Assembly (NCBI GenBank): GCA_038087875.1
Contig: CM076000.1
Coordinates: 2,356,001-2,420,000, forward strand
Source of the DNA: Malacoraja senta
Taxonomy: Eukaryota
Length of the DNA: 64,000 nucleotides
Direction of reading: 5' to 3'
Position numbers and translations under genes: made by a program. The notes below the pieces were generated by a model, which saw only the letters and a list, made by a program, of their open reading frames with translations, made no database searches and was not told where the DNA came from. Of the stretch, positions 1-11,185 are shown piece after piece. Every line of letters begins with the position of its first letter. The first letter of the stretch is position 1.

Positions 1-1014
1 TTTATTTTTATTTAAAATTAATTTGTTAAATAATAGCCATTTCTGAACAGAAATAAGATCTGATTGAAGGGTTCTTTCAATTTCAGACTTGTTAGTACTA
101 GATGTATATAGCACCGCATCATCGGCATATAGTTGTATTTGACAGTCAGAACAGATATTAGGGAGGTCGTTTATGAAAATAGAGAAAAGGAGTGGTCCCA
201 AGGACGAACCTTGCGGGACCCCCTTCTCAACAATTAAGGAATTGGATTGACTTCCATTAAAGGTGACACATTGGCGTCTGTTATGAAGGTATGAGTTAAA
301 CCACAGTAGATTGTTTCGAGAAAGACCAATAAAGTAAAGTTTATCAAGCAGTAGGTAGTGGTCAACAACATCAAAGGCCTTGGTTAGATCAAGAAAGATG
401 GCACCGGTGAGTTTACCATCCTCGGAAGCAGTGAACACATCGCTGGTAAGTTTTAACAGAGCTGTAGTTGTGGAGTGTTTAGGTCTGAACCCAGACTGGC
501 ATGGAGATAGAATATTGAAAGTTGAGACATAATGTGATAGCTGGTTGAACACTAGTTTCTCGAGGATTTTAGCCACCGAGTTGATAATTGAGATGAGGCG
601 GTAATTGTTAATATCTTGTGGGTCACCTCCCTTATGCAGTGGAGTAACATTGGCACACTTCCATGCGGAAGGGAGGGTACAAGTTGAGAAGGACAAATTA
701 AACAGGTCACATAGTGGGTACATTAAAATATTAGCTCCTAACTTAATGAATTTAGTCTCAATACCAGCTGGTCCAGACCCACAATCATCCTTTAATTCAT
801 TAATAACATGTTGAATGTCAACAGGTTTAATTTTTTGAAAAGAAAAAGAGCTTCTACTTGTAGAGGTAGCTGGAAAGTCACATATAATAGATGAATCAAA
901 TACAATAGAGCTACATACAGTGGAGAAGTGCTGGTTGAAAGCATTGGATATAACAGCAGGGTCCTGAATGATGTCATTGTTGACCCGAATCTGAGTGCTG
1001 ATATTTTGATTTGA
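1..1014 (-). mobile_element. L2/Crack/Daphne-type LINE ORF2 (reverse transcriptase), uninterrupted frame running off the window edge
   Basis: My minus-strand translation is stop-free from ~1014 to 1: ISNAFNQHFSTVC...WKCANVTPLHKGG...NNYRLISIINSVAKILEK...QSGFRPKHSTTTALL...IFLDLTKAFDVVDH...KGVPQGSSLGPLLFSIFINDL...LYADDAVLY...LILNKNK. It is probably absent from the ORF track because no stop codon falls inside the window. Confidence 0.9.
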
Positions 1015-1364
1015 TTAATGTACAACAGTAAACTGTATATTTGTGTAGGAATGATTATAAGTCACTGTAGAACGTGATATAAATTTGACTTCGCAATTAA
1101 GGAGCAAGACTTCTGATGATGTGGGGGATTGTGGTTTCTTTTGTGTTGCTGAAAGTTCTTTTAAAACTAGGCAAAACTAACAACAGAATTTGAGCAAAAC
1201 ACAATATGCTGGAGCAACTCAGCAGGTCAGGCAGCATATGTGGTGATTGGGTCAGGACCCTTCTTCAGACTGAACAACTCAACGTCCCTTATTAAAGGCA
1301 ACCATTCGCAGTCTAGTACAACAATGCTCGAAGGTCACACTGTGTGGCACTCATAAATTCATGT

Positions 1365-2490
1365 TCTAGGAACATAAATAGGCCATTTTAAATGATCAGC
1401 CATGATCATATTGAATGGCGGTGCTGGCTCGAAGGGCTGAATGGCCTACTCCTGCACCTATTTTTCTATGTTTCTAATTGGCCCATCAAGTCTACTCTGC
1501 CATTCAATCATGGCTGATTTATCTTTCCTTCTCAACCCCATTCTCCTGCCTTCGCCCTATAACCCCTGACATCCTTACTAATCAAGAATCTGTCAATCTC
1601 CGCCTTAAAATATCTATTGACTTGGCCTCCACAGCCATCTGTGGCAATGAATTCCACAGATTCACCACCCTCTGACTAATGAAATTCCTTCTCATCTCCT
1701 TTCTGAAGGCATGTCCTTTTATTCCACTATTGGTAACATCCTTTCCACATTCACTCTATCCAGGCATTTCACTATTTCGTAAGTTTCAATGAGGTGCCCC
1801 CTCATCCTTCTAAACTCCAGCGAGTACAAGCCCAGTGCCATCAAACGCTCATCATATCTTAACCCAATCATTCCTGGGATCATTCTCGTAAACCTCCTCT
1901 GGACCCTCTCCATTGCCAGCACATCCTTCCTCAGATACGGGGCCCTAAACTGCTCATAATACTCCATATGCAGTCTGACCAGTACCTTATAAAGCCTCAG
2001 CATTACATCCCTGTTTTCGTATTGTAGCCCTCTTGAAATAAATTCCATTTGTCTTCTTTACTATTGACTCAACTTGAAAATTAACTGTTTGAGAATCCTG
2101 CACCAGCACTCCCAAGTCTCTGCATGGCAATTTCTGAATTCTCTCCATATTTAGAAAATTGTCTACACCTTTATTGCTACTACAAAAATGCATGACTCCA
2201 CACTTTGCTACACTATATTCCATCTGCCATTTCTCAGCTCACTCTCCCAACCTGTCCACGTCCTTCTGCAGAGTCCCTGCTTTCTCTACACTACCTGCTC
2301 CTCCACCTATCTCCGTATCATCTGCAAACTTGGCCACATAGCCTTCAATTCCCTCATTCAAATCATAGAAATACGCCATGAAGAGTAGCGACCCCAGAAC
2401 CGACCCCTGAAGAACATCGCTAGTCACTGGCAGCCATCCAAAAAAAGCCTCCTTTATTGCCACTCTTTGCCTTCGGCCATCCAGCCAATT
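1365..2490 (-). mobile_element. Degenerate CR1-clade (HER1-like) LINE 3' portion
   Basis: ORF fragments WLPVTSDVLQGSVLG, KFADDT and MERVQRRFTRMIPGM with frameshifts, followed by the LINE 3' UTR. Confidence 0.85.
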
Positions 2491-2924
2491 CGATACATGG
2501 TATAAATGTCCATAATGTCCATACCCACACTTCTGAACCTTGGTTCCATTCTTGTGTAAATGCCACAGCCATTCAGATTTAATAACCTTACCATCCTGAG
2601 ATTTTGTTCCAACTCAAGAGTCAGCAATATTAGAGTCTATGGCATTCTTGAGACTTGCCAGCGTCATTCTGTGTGTAAGATTCGTAAACAAACTGTAGCA
2701 ACTGCTTCCTGTGTTATCTATCTGCTGTGTGCCTTCATCACATTTCCCCTGGTTAAAAGTGCAACTTGAAATGTCTTCTTGAGCAGCTTATTCTGCTTCA
2801 TTGCCTTTCCCATCCAGAGGCTTCATTATAACCCTCTGATCCAAAGCATCTTCTACCTCCCCATATTGCTAGAAACTTACCTGAGAACTTCTGCTCAGCT
2901 AACGCCTGCAGATCCTCAGGAAGG

Positions 2925-3110
2925 TAGAGTGGCACAGCAATAGAGTTGCTACTCTACAGAGCGCAGAGCACAGAGTCCCAGGTTCAATCCTGATTACGGG
3001 TGCAGTATGTATGTAGTTTGTATGTCCTCCCTTTGTCCGCGTGGGTTTTCTCCAGGTGCTCCGATCCCCCCTCCCCCATGTTCCAATGACGTACAGGTTT
3101 GTAGGTTAAT
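2925..3110 (+). mobile_element. HE1-type tRNA-derived SINE, partial
   Basis: A-box-like tggcacagcaa, B-box ggttcaatcc, and the core shared with the other copies. Confidence 0.75.
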
Positions 3111-3127
3111 ACTTAAACACAACTAGC

Positions 3128-3480
3128 ATAAGATCATAAATGATTGGAGCAGAATTAGGCCATTCGGCCCATCGAGTCACAGCTTAAGGATAAGGGGGAA
3201 ATCCTTTAAGACCGAGATGAGGAAAAACTTTTTCACACAGAGAGTGGTGAATCTCTGGAACTCTCTGCCACAGAGGGTAGTTGAGACCAGTTCATTGGCT
3301 ATATTTAAGAGGGAGTTAGATGTGGCCCTTGTGGCTAAGGGGATCAGGGGGTATGGAGAGAAGGCAGGTACAGGATACTGAGTTGGATGATCAGCCATGA
3401 TCATATTGAATGGCAGTGCAGGCTCGAAGGGCCGAATGGCCTACTCCTGCACCTATTTTCTATGTATCTATGTATCTATG
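3128..3480 (+). mobile_element. CR1/HER1 LINE 3' end with a short inverted tail fragment on its left
   Basis: ttttcacacagagagtggtgaatctctggaac...gggccgaatggcctactcctgcacct followed by a (tatc/tatg) tail. Confidence 0.8.
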
Positions 3481-4269
3481 AGTCTACTCCACCAATTATA
3501 CAATTATGTAGATTTGTACAATTGAGAAAGTCATACATACATGTATATCCAGTTCCTAAAGGTACATGGTCACATATACACTATGAAGATACACCATCTC
3601 AGTATGTTGAACAGATTATCAACACATCCTCTTCCCATTTGTTTGTTCTCTCTGTATCATTGTCCATCAATGATGCATTCACATCCTGTAAGATGATGTA
3701 TTGTACTGCATTATCATTGATGGAATCCTTGGTCTGTGATAACGAGATATTAGTGGACCGCGTGATCTTAAAACCATTGATGTACTCTCCCCGTTTTTTA
3801 AATGATATGCCACATTGTTCCAGATCATCAGAGCATTTGTCTGCTAAACAGCAATAAATTATTTTGCAGAACTCCATTATATAATGATTAATTATTGAAG
3901 CATTCCCTGATGTATCATTTAGATTATCTATCTAATGCCCGCTATATATTTATGAATCTTTTAAGGTTCCTCCAAAGGATGATCATTGATACATTTTCTC
4001 ATGATGTAATTAGAGATCATTCATTTAATGACTTCAATGCATTACCACTTCAGGACATCAATATCATCTCATTTTATGTAGGAGTAATTGATGGGTCTTT
4101 TTGGTGTATGATTACAGACTGTAAGCTTGGCTCCTCTATACAAGTGGATTAAAATGAACAAAAGAAAGTGATGAAACTAAAGTTACAACAAATAGAATTG
4201 CCCTTTACAAAATACAGAAAATGCTCAGCAGGTCGGGCAGCATCTGTGGAGAGAGAAACCAATCTCCTT

Positions 4270-4685
4270 TTCATTTACTCCATCTACACTTCATGCTGCC
4301 TCGGCAAGGCCACCAGCATAATCAAGGATCAGTCTCAGCACGGTCACTCTCTCTTCTCCCCTCTCCCATCAGGCATGAGGTACTGAAGTTTGAAAATGCA
4401 TACCTCCAGATTCTGCAACAGTTTCTTCCCAGCTGTTATCGGGTCCTCTCATCAGCTAGAGCGCGTTCCGATCTCCCATCTGCTTCATTGGAGATCTTTG
4501 AACTATCTTTAATCTGACACTATCAGAGTTTATCTTGCACTAAATGTCGTATCCTTTATCCTTTATCTGTACACTGTGGACGGCTTGATTGTAATCATGT
4601 ATAGTCTTTTCTTTGACTGGATACCAGGCAACAAAAAGCTCTTCACTGTACCTCACATGATACAATGATAAACTAAACTAGACTA
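4270..4685 (+). mobile_element. Rex1/Babar-type LINE 3' fragment
   Basis: KATSIIKDQSQHGHSLFSPLPSGMRY resembles the Rex1 RT C-terminus; tail aagctcttcactgtacctc...(ctaaa)n. Confidence 0.75.
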
Positions 4686-5459
4686 ATGTTTCAAGTCAAT
4701 GATTTTTCATTATAACTAAGAAAATTAGAAACACACTTGTTTTATGTTACAGACAAGGAACTGCATATGCTGGTTTACAAAAAATTACGTAAAATGCTGG
4801 AGTAACTCAGCCAGTCAGGCAGCATCTCTGGTGAATATGTATAGGTGATGTTTCGAATTGGGATTCTTCATACTGATTGTGGAGGGGGTGAAAAAGCTGG
4901 AAGAGAAGAGTTGTATGTTGCAAGAATGGGGAGGGGTGGAGGAAGCAGTGGGAATCAATATTTCTGTTCAAAGTCACTTTACGTTAATTAAAATCAATTT
5001 TTCACGTAGTAATAAAGTTGCACTATATTACCATTATCATATCAATATTAAGAGATGATTTTATTAGCAAAAAAATATTGCACTATTAAACACTGCACCA
5101 AAGCAGTTGTTTATGAAAAATGTTATTTTGTGAATATGCCAATGAATTTCAGCAGCAACTCAAACTGTAAATTAATTTTGGAAATTATATGTACTTCTAA
5201 GCACTATGTTTGGATAGTTGATTGCACAACACAAATCACTAACATCAAAAGCAAAGTAACTTTATCTAGATCTTGCCAGCTACGCAAAAGTGAATTGCTG
5301 AGAAATTCATTCAAAATCAGTCGCGATGTACACACTCCGATTGTCATGACAGTATTAAAGTCTACATTGCTAATTCATTCTATTGACTTCTATTGATTAA
5401 TATCGGTTATTTATTGTCACATGTAGAGTCTTGCATTGAACGTTATTCCCTTTATCATA

Positions 5460-6000
5460 TTTAGAGTATTGTGTTCAGTTCTGGGAACCATGTTACAGGA
5501 AAGATGTTATCAAGGTGGAAAGGGTACAGAGAAGATATACAAGGATGTTGCCAGAATTCAAGGGTCTGAACTATAGGGAGAGGTTGAGCAGGCTGGGATT
5601 TTATTCCTTGGAGCACACTAGAATGAGGGGCAATTTTATAGAGGTATACAAAATCATGAGAGGAATAGATCGGGTAGTTGCACAGTGTCTCTTCCCCAGA
5701 GTAGGGAAATCGAGAACCATAGGACAAAGGTTTAAAGTGAAGGGGGAAAGATTTAATAGGAATCCGATAGGTAACTTTTTCACACAAAGGGTGGTGGGTG
5801 TATGGAACATGCTGCCAGAGGAGGGAGTTGAGGCAGGGACTATTGCAAAGTTTAAGAAACAATTAGACAGGTGCATGGATAGGACAGGTTTGGAGGGATA
5901 TGGGCCAAACGCAGGCAGACGGAACTAGTGTAGATGGGACATGTTGGTCGGTGTGGGCAAGTGAGGCTGAAGGTCCTGTTTCCACACTGTATGACTCTAT
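5460..6000 (+). mobile_element. CR1/HER1 LINE 3' end
   Basis: ERVQRRYTRMLPEFKGLNYRERL...NFFTQRVVGVWNMLP followed by the 3' tail. Confidence 0.85.
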
Positions 6001-6479
6001 AATGTATCTGTAAACTGTGGATGGCTCGATTGTAATCATGTATAGTCTTTCCGCCTACTGGCTAGCATGCAACAAAAGCTTTTTACTGTACCTCCGTGCA
6101 ATAAACCAAAACTAAACTAAAAGTACAACATGCTGATGGGACCACATAGTTCCTTGTGCTACTAACTGTTGGACATGTTGGTCCATTGGTGTTTACTGGT
6201 GACAGGGTAAAATGAATGCATGGTGTAATTTTGCACCATGAATTCTGTAGCAATAATGTGCAATTAATGTTTTGTTGTAAATTTGTTTGTAACTAAGATA
6301 TTTTAAAAATGGGTAGTGCCATTGGATTGAGTGAAGGACCTGAACTACATTGAGCTTCATGGAAGAAACAATAGTCCAATGGTACTTCATTATCACATGA
6401 ACCTTGGTACAGTGAAATTCCTTTTTTGCATACAGTTCAGTAAAACTCTTATCAGAGTCATAGTCAGAGAGTGGAACAG

Positions 6480-6752
6480 TGTGGAAACTTCAGCTCAACT
6501 TGCCCACACTTGCCTGCGCCTGGTCCATATCCCTCCAAACGTGCATCTACCCGATCTATTCCTCTCATGATTTTGTATACCTCTATAAGATCACACCTTA
6601 TCCTCCTACGTTCCATGGAATAGAGACCCAGCCTACTCAGCCTCTCCCTGTAGCTCACACCCTCTAGTCCTGGCAACATCCTCGTAAATATTTTCTGAAC
6701 CCTTTCAAGCTTGACAATATCTTTCCTAAAGCATGGTGCCCAGAACAGAACA
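6480..6752 (-). mobile_element. CR1/HER1 LINE fragment, host of the Helitron 5' end
   Basis: FWAPCFRKDIVKLERVQKIFTRMLPGL on the minus strand. Confidence 0.8.
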
Positions 6753-7136
6753 TCTATATAACTAAAAGTCTCATCTTGACCACTTCCTGTCTGCACTGAT
6801 AATTGATTTTAGAAAAAACGCTACCCTATATCACTATGATTTGTTGGCCATCTTACTCATAGTACTCCTCTCTTGCAGCAGCCCCAAGGATTTTTCCGAT
6901 CGCTGAAAATTTTAACAAGTTATATGAATTTTTAAAAAATCTTGAGATCAGCTGATTGGGCCTCTCGCCTGTCAATCACCATGAACGCCCCTTCTGGTGG
7001 GGGGTGGGCAGGACTATAAAACCCCGGATGCCTGGACGTGAGTCAGTCACTCTGGAAGATCGCGAGTGAGAGGCCACAACTGTGATTCTGCTGTGAGTCT
7101 ACTGAACTGTGAGTCTACTTAATTTTGAGTCTACTA

Positions 7137-7665
7137 TGTGCTTGCAATAAATGCTCTGTTACCCCACAATGTGGTTGCAATAAATGATGATTGGTTAACA
7201 CTTGTGTGCTTGCAATAAATGCTTTGTTAACCCACAGTGTGGTTGCAATAAATGATGATTGGTTAACCCTTTATGTGCTTGCAATAAATGCTTTGTTACC
7301 CCGCAATGTGGTTGCAATAAATGAAGATTGGTTAACCCTTTATGTGCTTGCAATAAATGCTTTATTACCCCGCAATGTGGTCGCATAAATGATGATTGGT
7401 TAACCCTTTATGTGCTTGCAATAAATGCTTTGTTACCCCACAATGTGGTTGCAATAAATGATGATTGGTTAACCCTTAATGTGCTTGCAATAAATGCTTT
7501 GTTACCCCGCAATGTGGTTGCAATAAATGATGATTGGTTAGCCCTTAATGTCCTTGCAATAAATGGTTTCTCAGCCCCCACTGTGTTTGCAAGGAATAAA
7601 TGGTTTCACAGCCCCCACTGTGTTTGCAAGGAATAAATCATTTGTTAGCCTCCACTGTGTTTAAT
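7137..7665 (+). repeat. Minisatellite with a ~68-69 bp unit (about 6 copies), then shorter derived units
   Basis: Unit tgtgcttgcaataaatgctttgttaccccrcaatgtggttgcaataaatgatgattggttaacccttta; copies start at 7137, 7205, 7274 and onward. Confidence 0.95.
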
Positions 7666-7693
7666 CCAAATTTCCCGCTCATTCCGTAACTAA

Positions 7694-8021
7694 GCCCTGT
7701 CCCACTTTCCCGAGTTACTCACGAACTCTCCCGAGTTTTCCCCTTGATTCGAACTCGGGGAATGTCGGGTAATGTCGGTAGCGAACTCGTGGGAGCCTGA
7801 TGGAGTCCATAGATGTTTAGTAGCAGCTCGTAATGCCAGCCGTAGGAACTCAGGGCATCAGGTAAGTCGGGACGTTTTTTTCAACATGTTGAAAACTGTC
7901 CATGAATTAAAAAAATAGCCCCGAGTACCTACGAACAGCTATTACAATAATTCTCCGAGTTCAAATTAAGGGGAAAACTCAGGAGAGCTCGTGAGTAACT
8001 CGGAAAAGTGGGACAGGGCCT
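7694..8021. mobile_element. PIF/Harbinger-like MITE
   Basis: Long TIRs gccctgtcccactttcccgagttactcacga / tcgtgagtaactcggaaaagtgggacagggcc, flanked by TAA/TTA. Confidence 0.85.
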
Positions 8022-8249
8022 TTAGGCTGAGTGGACAGGTCGCGCTGATTGCGTAAGTTCCGCTAAGTGCAGAGGTCACGCTGATTGCGTAACTTCTGCT
8101 AAGTGCAGAGGTGACGCTGATTGCGTAACTTCCGCTAAGTCCATTAGGACACGCTGATTGCGGCAGTGCCGCTGACTGCGGAAGCCCCACAGTGGAGAGG
8201 CCGCGCTCAGCCGTGTGAGTAGATTCAAGAAAGTTTACTGTAATATAGA

Positions 8250-8320
8250 TGGTGTGTGAGTCTGTGTGTGCGTGTGTGTGGTGTGTGTGTGTGTGAGTGC
8301 ATGTGTGTGAGTCTGTGCGA

Positions 8321-8363
<43 letters not shown>

Positions 8364-8517
8364 TGTGTGTGTGTGTGTGTGAGAGTCTGTGTGTGTGTGA
8401 GTGTGAGTGTGTGTGTGTGAGAGTGAGAGTGAGTCTCTGTGTGTGTGGGGGGGGTGGAGGGTGTGTGTGAGGTGGAGGCTGTGTGTGTTAGTGTGTGAGG
8501 TGGAGGGTGTGTGTGCC
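8250..8517. repeat. (GT)n/(GAGT)n compound microsatellite
   Basis: Seen directly in the sequence. Confidence 0.95.
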
Positions 8518-9165
8518 TTGAAATGGATTGACTTGACTTGAAATGGATTGACTTGACTTGACTTGAAATGGATTGACTTGACTTGACTTGAAATGGATTG
8601 ACTTGAAATGGATTGACTTGATTTGACTTGACTTGACTTGACTTGAAATGGATTAACTTGACTTGACGACTTGAAATGGATTGACTTGACTTGAAATGGA
8701 TTGAATTGATGACTTGACTTGACTTGAAATGGATTGACTTGACTTGATTTGAATTGGATTGACTTGAAATAGATTGACTTGACTTGACTTGAAATTGATT
8801 GACTTGACTTGACTTGAAATGGATTGATTACTTGAAATGGATTGACTTGACTGGACTTGACTTGAAATGGATTGACTTGACTTGAAATGAATTGACTTGA
8901 CTTGACTTAAAATGGATTGACTTGACTTGAAATGGATTGACTTGACTTGACTTGAAATGGATTGACTTGACTTGACTTGAAATGGGTTGACTTGACTTGA
9001 AATGGATTGACTTGAAATGGATTGACTTGAATTGACTTGAAATGGATTGATTTGACTTGAAATGGATTGACTTGACTTGACTTGAAATGTATTGACTTGA
9101 CTTGAAATGGATTGACTTGACTTGATTTGAAATGGATTGACTTGACTTGAAATGGATTGACTTGA

Positions 9166-9166
<1 letters not shown>
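8518..9166. repeat. (TTGAC)n/TTGAAATGGA pentamer-based satellite
   Basis: Seen directly; the same satellite recurs at 10118-10183 and 11584-12810. Confidence 0.97.
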
Positions 9167-9199
<33 letters not shown>

Positions 9200-10055
9200 T
9201 GTGTGTGTGTGTACGTGTGTGTGTGTACGTGTGTGTGTGTACGTGTGTGTGTGTACGTGTGTGTGTGTGTGTACGTGTGTGTGTGTGTACGTGTGTGTGA
9301 GAGTGTGAGAGTGAGTGAGAGTGAGTGAGAGTGAGTGAGAGTGAGTGAGAGTGAGTGAGTGAGAGTGAGTGAGTGAGAGTGAGTGAGTGAGAGTGAGTGA
9401 GTGAGTGAGTCTGAGTGAGAGTCTGAGTGAGAGTCTGAGTGAGAGTCTGAGTGAGAGTCTGAGTGAGAGTCTGAGTGAGAGTCTGAGTGAGAGTCTGAGT
9501 GAGAGTCTGAGTGAGAGTCTGAGTGAGAGTCTGAGTGAGAGTCTGAGTGAGAGTCTGAGTGAGAGTCTGAGTGAGAGTCTGAGTGAGAGTCTGAGTGAGA
9601 GTCTGAGTGAGAGTCTGAGTGAGAGTCTGAGTGAGAGTCTGAGTGAGAGTCTGAGTGAGAGTCTGAGTGAGAGTCTGAGTGAGAGTCTGAGTGAGAGTCT
9701 GAGTGAGAGTCTGAGTGAGAGTCTGAGTGAGAGTCTGAGTGAGAGTCTGAGTGAGAGTCTGAGTGAGAGTCTGAGTGAGAGTCTGAGTGAGAGTCTGAGT
9801 GAGAGTCTGAGTGAGAGTCTGAGTGAGAGTCTGAGTGAGAGTCTGAGTGAGAGTCTGAGTGAGAGTCTGAGTGAGAGTCTGAGTGAGAGTCTGAGTGAGA
9901 GTCTGAGTGAGAGTCTGAGTGAGAGTCTGAGTGAGAGTCTGAGTGAGAGTCTGAGTGAGAGTCTGAGTGAGAGTCTGAGTGAGAGTCTGAGTGAGAGTCT
10001 GAGTGAGAGTCTGCGTGAGAGTCTGCGTGAGAGTCTGCGTGAGAGTCTGCGTGAG
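9167..10055. repeat. (GT/GTAC)n, (GAGT)n and a homogeneous 12-mer array (GAGTCTGAGTGA)n of ~54 copies
   Basis: Seen directly; the 12-mer array spans ~9406-10053. Confidence 0.97.
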
Positions 10056-10183
10056 TGGGGGTGTGAGGTGGAGGCTGTGTGTGTTAGTGTGTGAGTTGGA
10101 GGGTGTGTGTGTGTGCCTTGAAATGGATTGACTTGACTTGAAATGGATTGACGACGACTTTACTTGATTTGAAATGGATTGAC

Positions 10184-10965
10184 TTTCGTTCAAACATAGT
10201 TTGAACGAAATGCATACCTTGCAGTCATGACAGAAAATAAAATAACATAAGAGAACACAAAATTAACAGTTTAACATCCATCACAGTGAGTCTACCAGGC
10301 ATCTCCTCACTGTGATGGAAGGCAAAAGTCTTAAAGTCCTTGTCTCTTCCTTCCTTGTTCTCCCTCTGCATTGAGGCAATCCAGGCTTTCGATGTTGGGC
10401 CCCCCGCAGGGTGATGGTAAGTCCCGCGGCCGAATCCGAGCTCCGCGAATGGGCCGATTCGAACTCCGCGACGCGGGGCAGTCGAAGCTGCCGCCCTCCA
10501 GTCCAGCGGTCAAAGCTGTTGTTGCGGGAGCTCCGGAGACTCGGTCACCAACCTGGGACCTGCGAGCTCTCTGCGAGCTTCCGATGTTGTCATCCACTGG
10601 GCCCATGGCCGAAGCCTCCATAGCTCCGAAGTCGGGCCGCCGCAGCACCACCACAGCCCCGAAGTCGACCAGCTTCGCAATGGTAAGTCCTGCCTCTGCC
10701 TCCGTAGCCTCGAGGTCAGTCCCAGTTGGAAGCCGCCAGCTCTGCGATTAGGCCTCAGCGGAGACGGAGACGGGGATACGACAAATAAAAGGTCGCAACC
10801 CCCGACGGAAGAGACTAAAACAAGTTTCCCCCACCCCCCACACATACACAACTAAAAATAAACTAAAACATACTGCCAACAGGACAAAAGAAAACAAACA
10901 AAAAAAGGAAAATACAGACGGACTGCTGGCGAGCCGCAGCTGCATGGCAACGCCGCCACTTCCGG
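10184..10965 (-). mobile_element. GC-rich non-autonomous retro-like element
   Basis: Minus-strand head ccggaagtggcggcg..., GC-rich body, and a terminal perfect hairpin tttcgttcaaac-ata-gtttgaacgaaa (10184-10210). Family assignment is uncertain. Confidence 0.55.
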
Positions 10966-11185
10966 AAATTAAAAAGAAATAACATAAGTATTCAGACCCT
11001 TTGCTATGACACTCAAAATTGAGTTTAGGTGCATCCTGTTTCCATTGATTATCCTTGAGATGTTTCTACAAGTTGATTGGAGTCCACCAGTGGTAAATTA
11101 AATTGATTGTACATGATTGGAAAGGCACACACCTGTCTATATAAGGTCCACACTTGACAGTGCATGTCAGAGCAAAAACCAAGCC

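Larger units (their letters stand above)
6753..10183 (+). mobile_element. Non-autonomous Helitron-like element, 5' end present, 3' end missing, filled with satellites
   Basis: Begins A|TCTATATAACTAAAAGTCTCATCTTG, nearly the same as the 5' end of the complete Helitron at 53305-54582 (TCTATATATACTTAAAAGTCTGATCTTG). I found no hairpin+CTAG 3' end, so the right boundary is inferred. Confidence 0.6.

Noticed and set aside
4069..4135. Possible minus-strand terminal exon (GAKLTVCNHTPKRPINYSYIK*) after a polypyrimidine tract and AG
   Set aside because: I do not recognise the peptide and found no partner exons; it is compatible with chance.
7137..7665. CRISPR-like regular repeat
   Set aside because: The units are contiguous tandem copies with no unique spacers, the context is eukaryotic, and there are no cas genes.
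8653..10193. Long ORFs (428 aa TLTQ repeats, 229 aa SLSE repeats, KSSQ-rich ORFs)
   Set aside because: These are translations of stop-free satellites, not genes. The same applies to 11516-13025.
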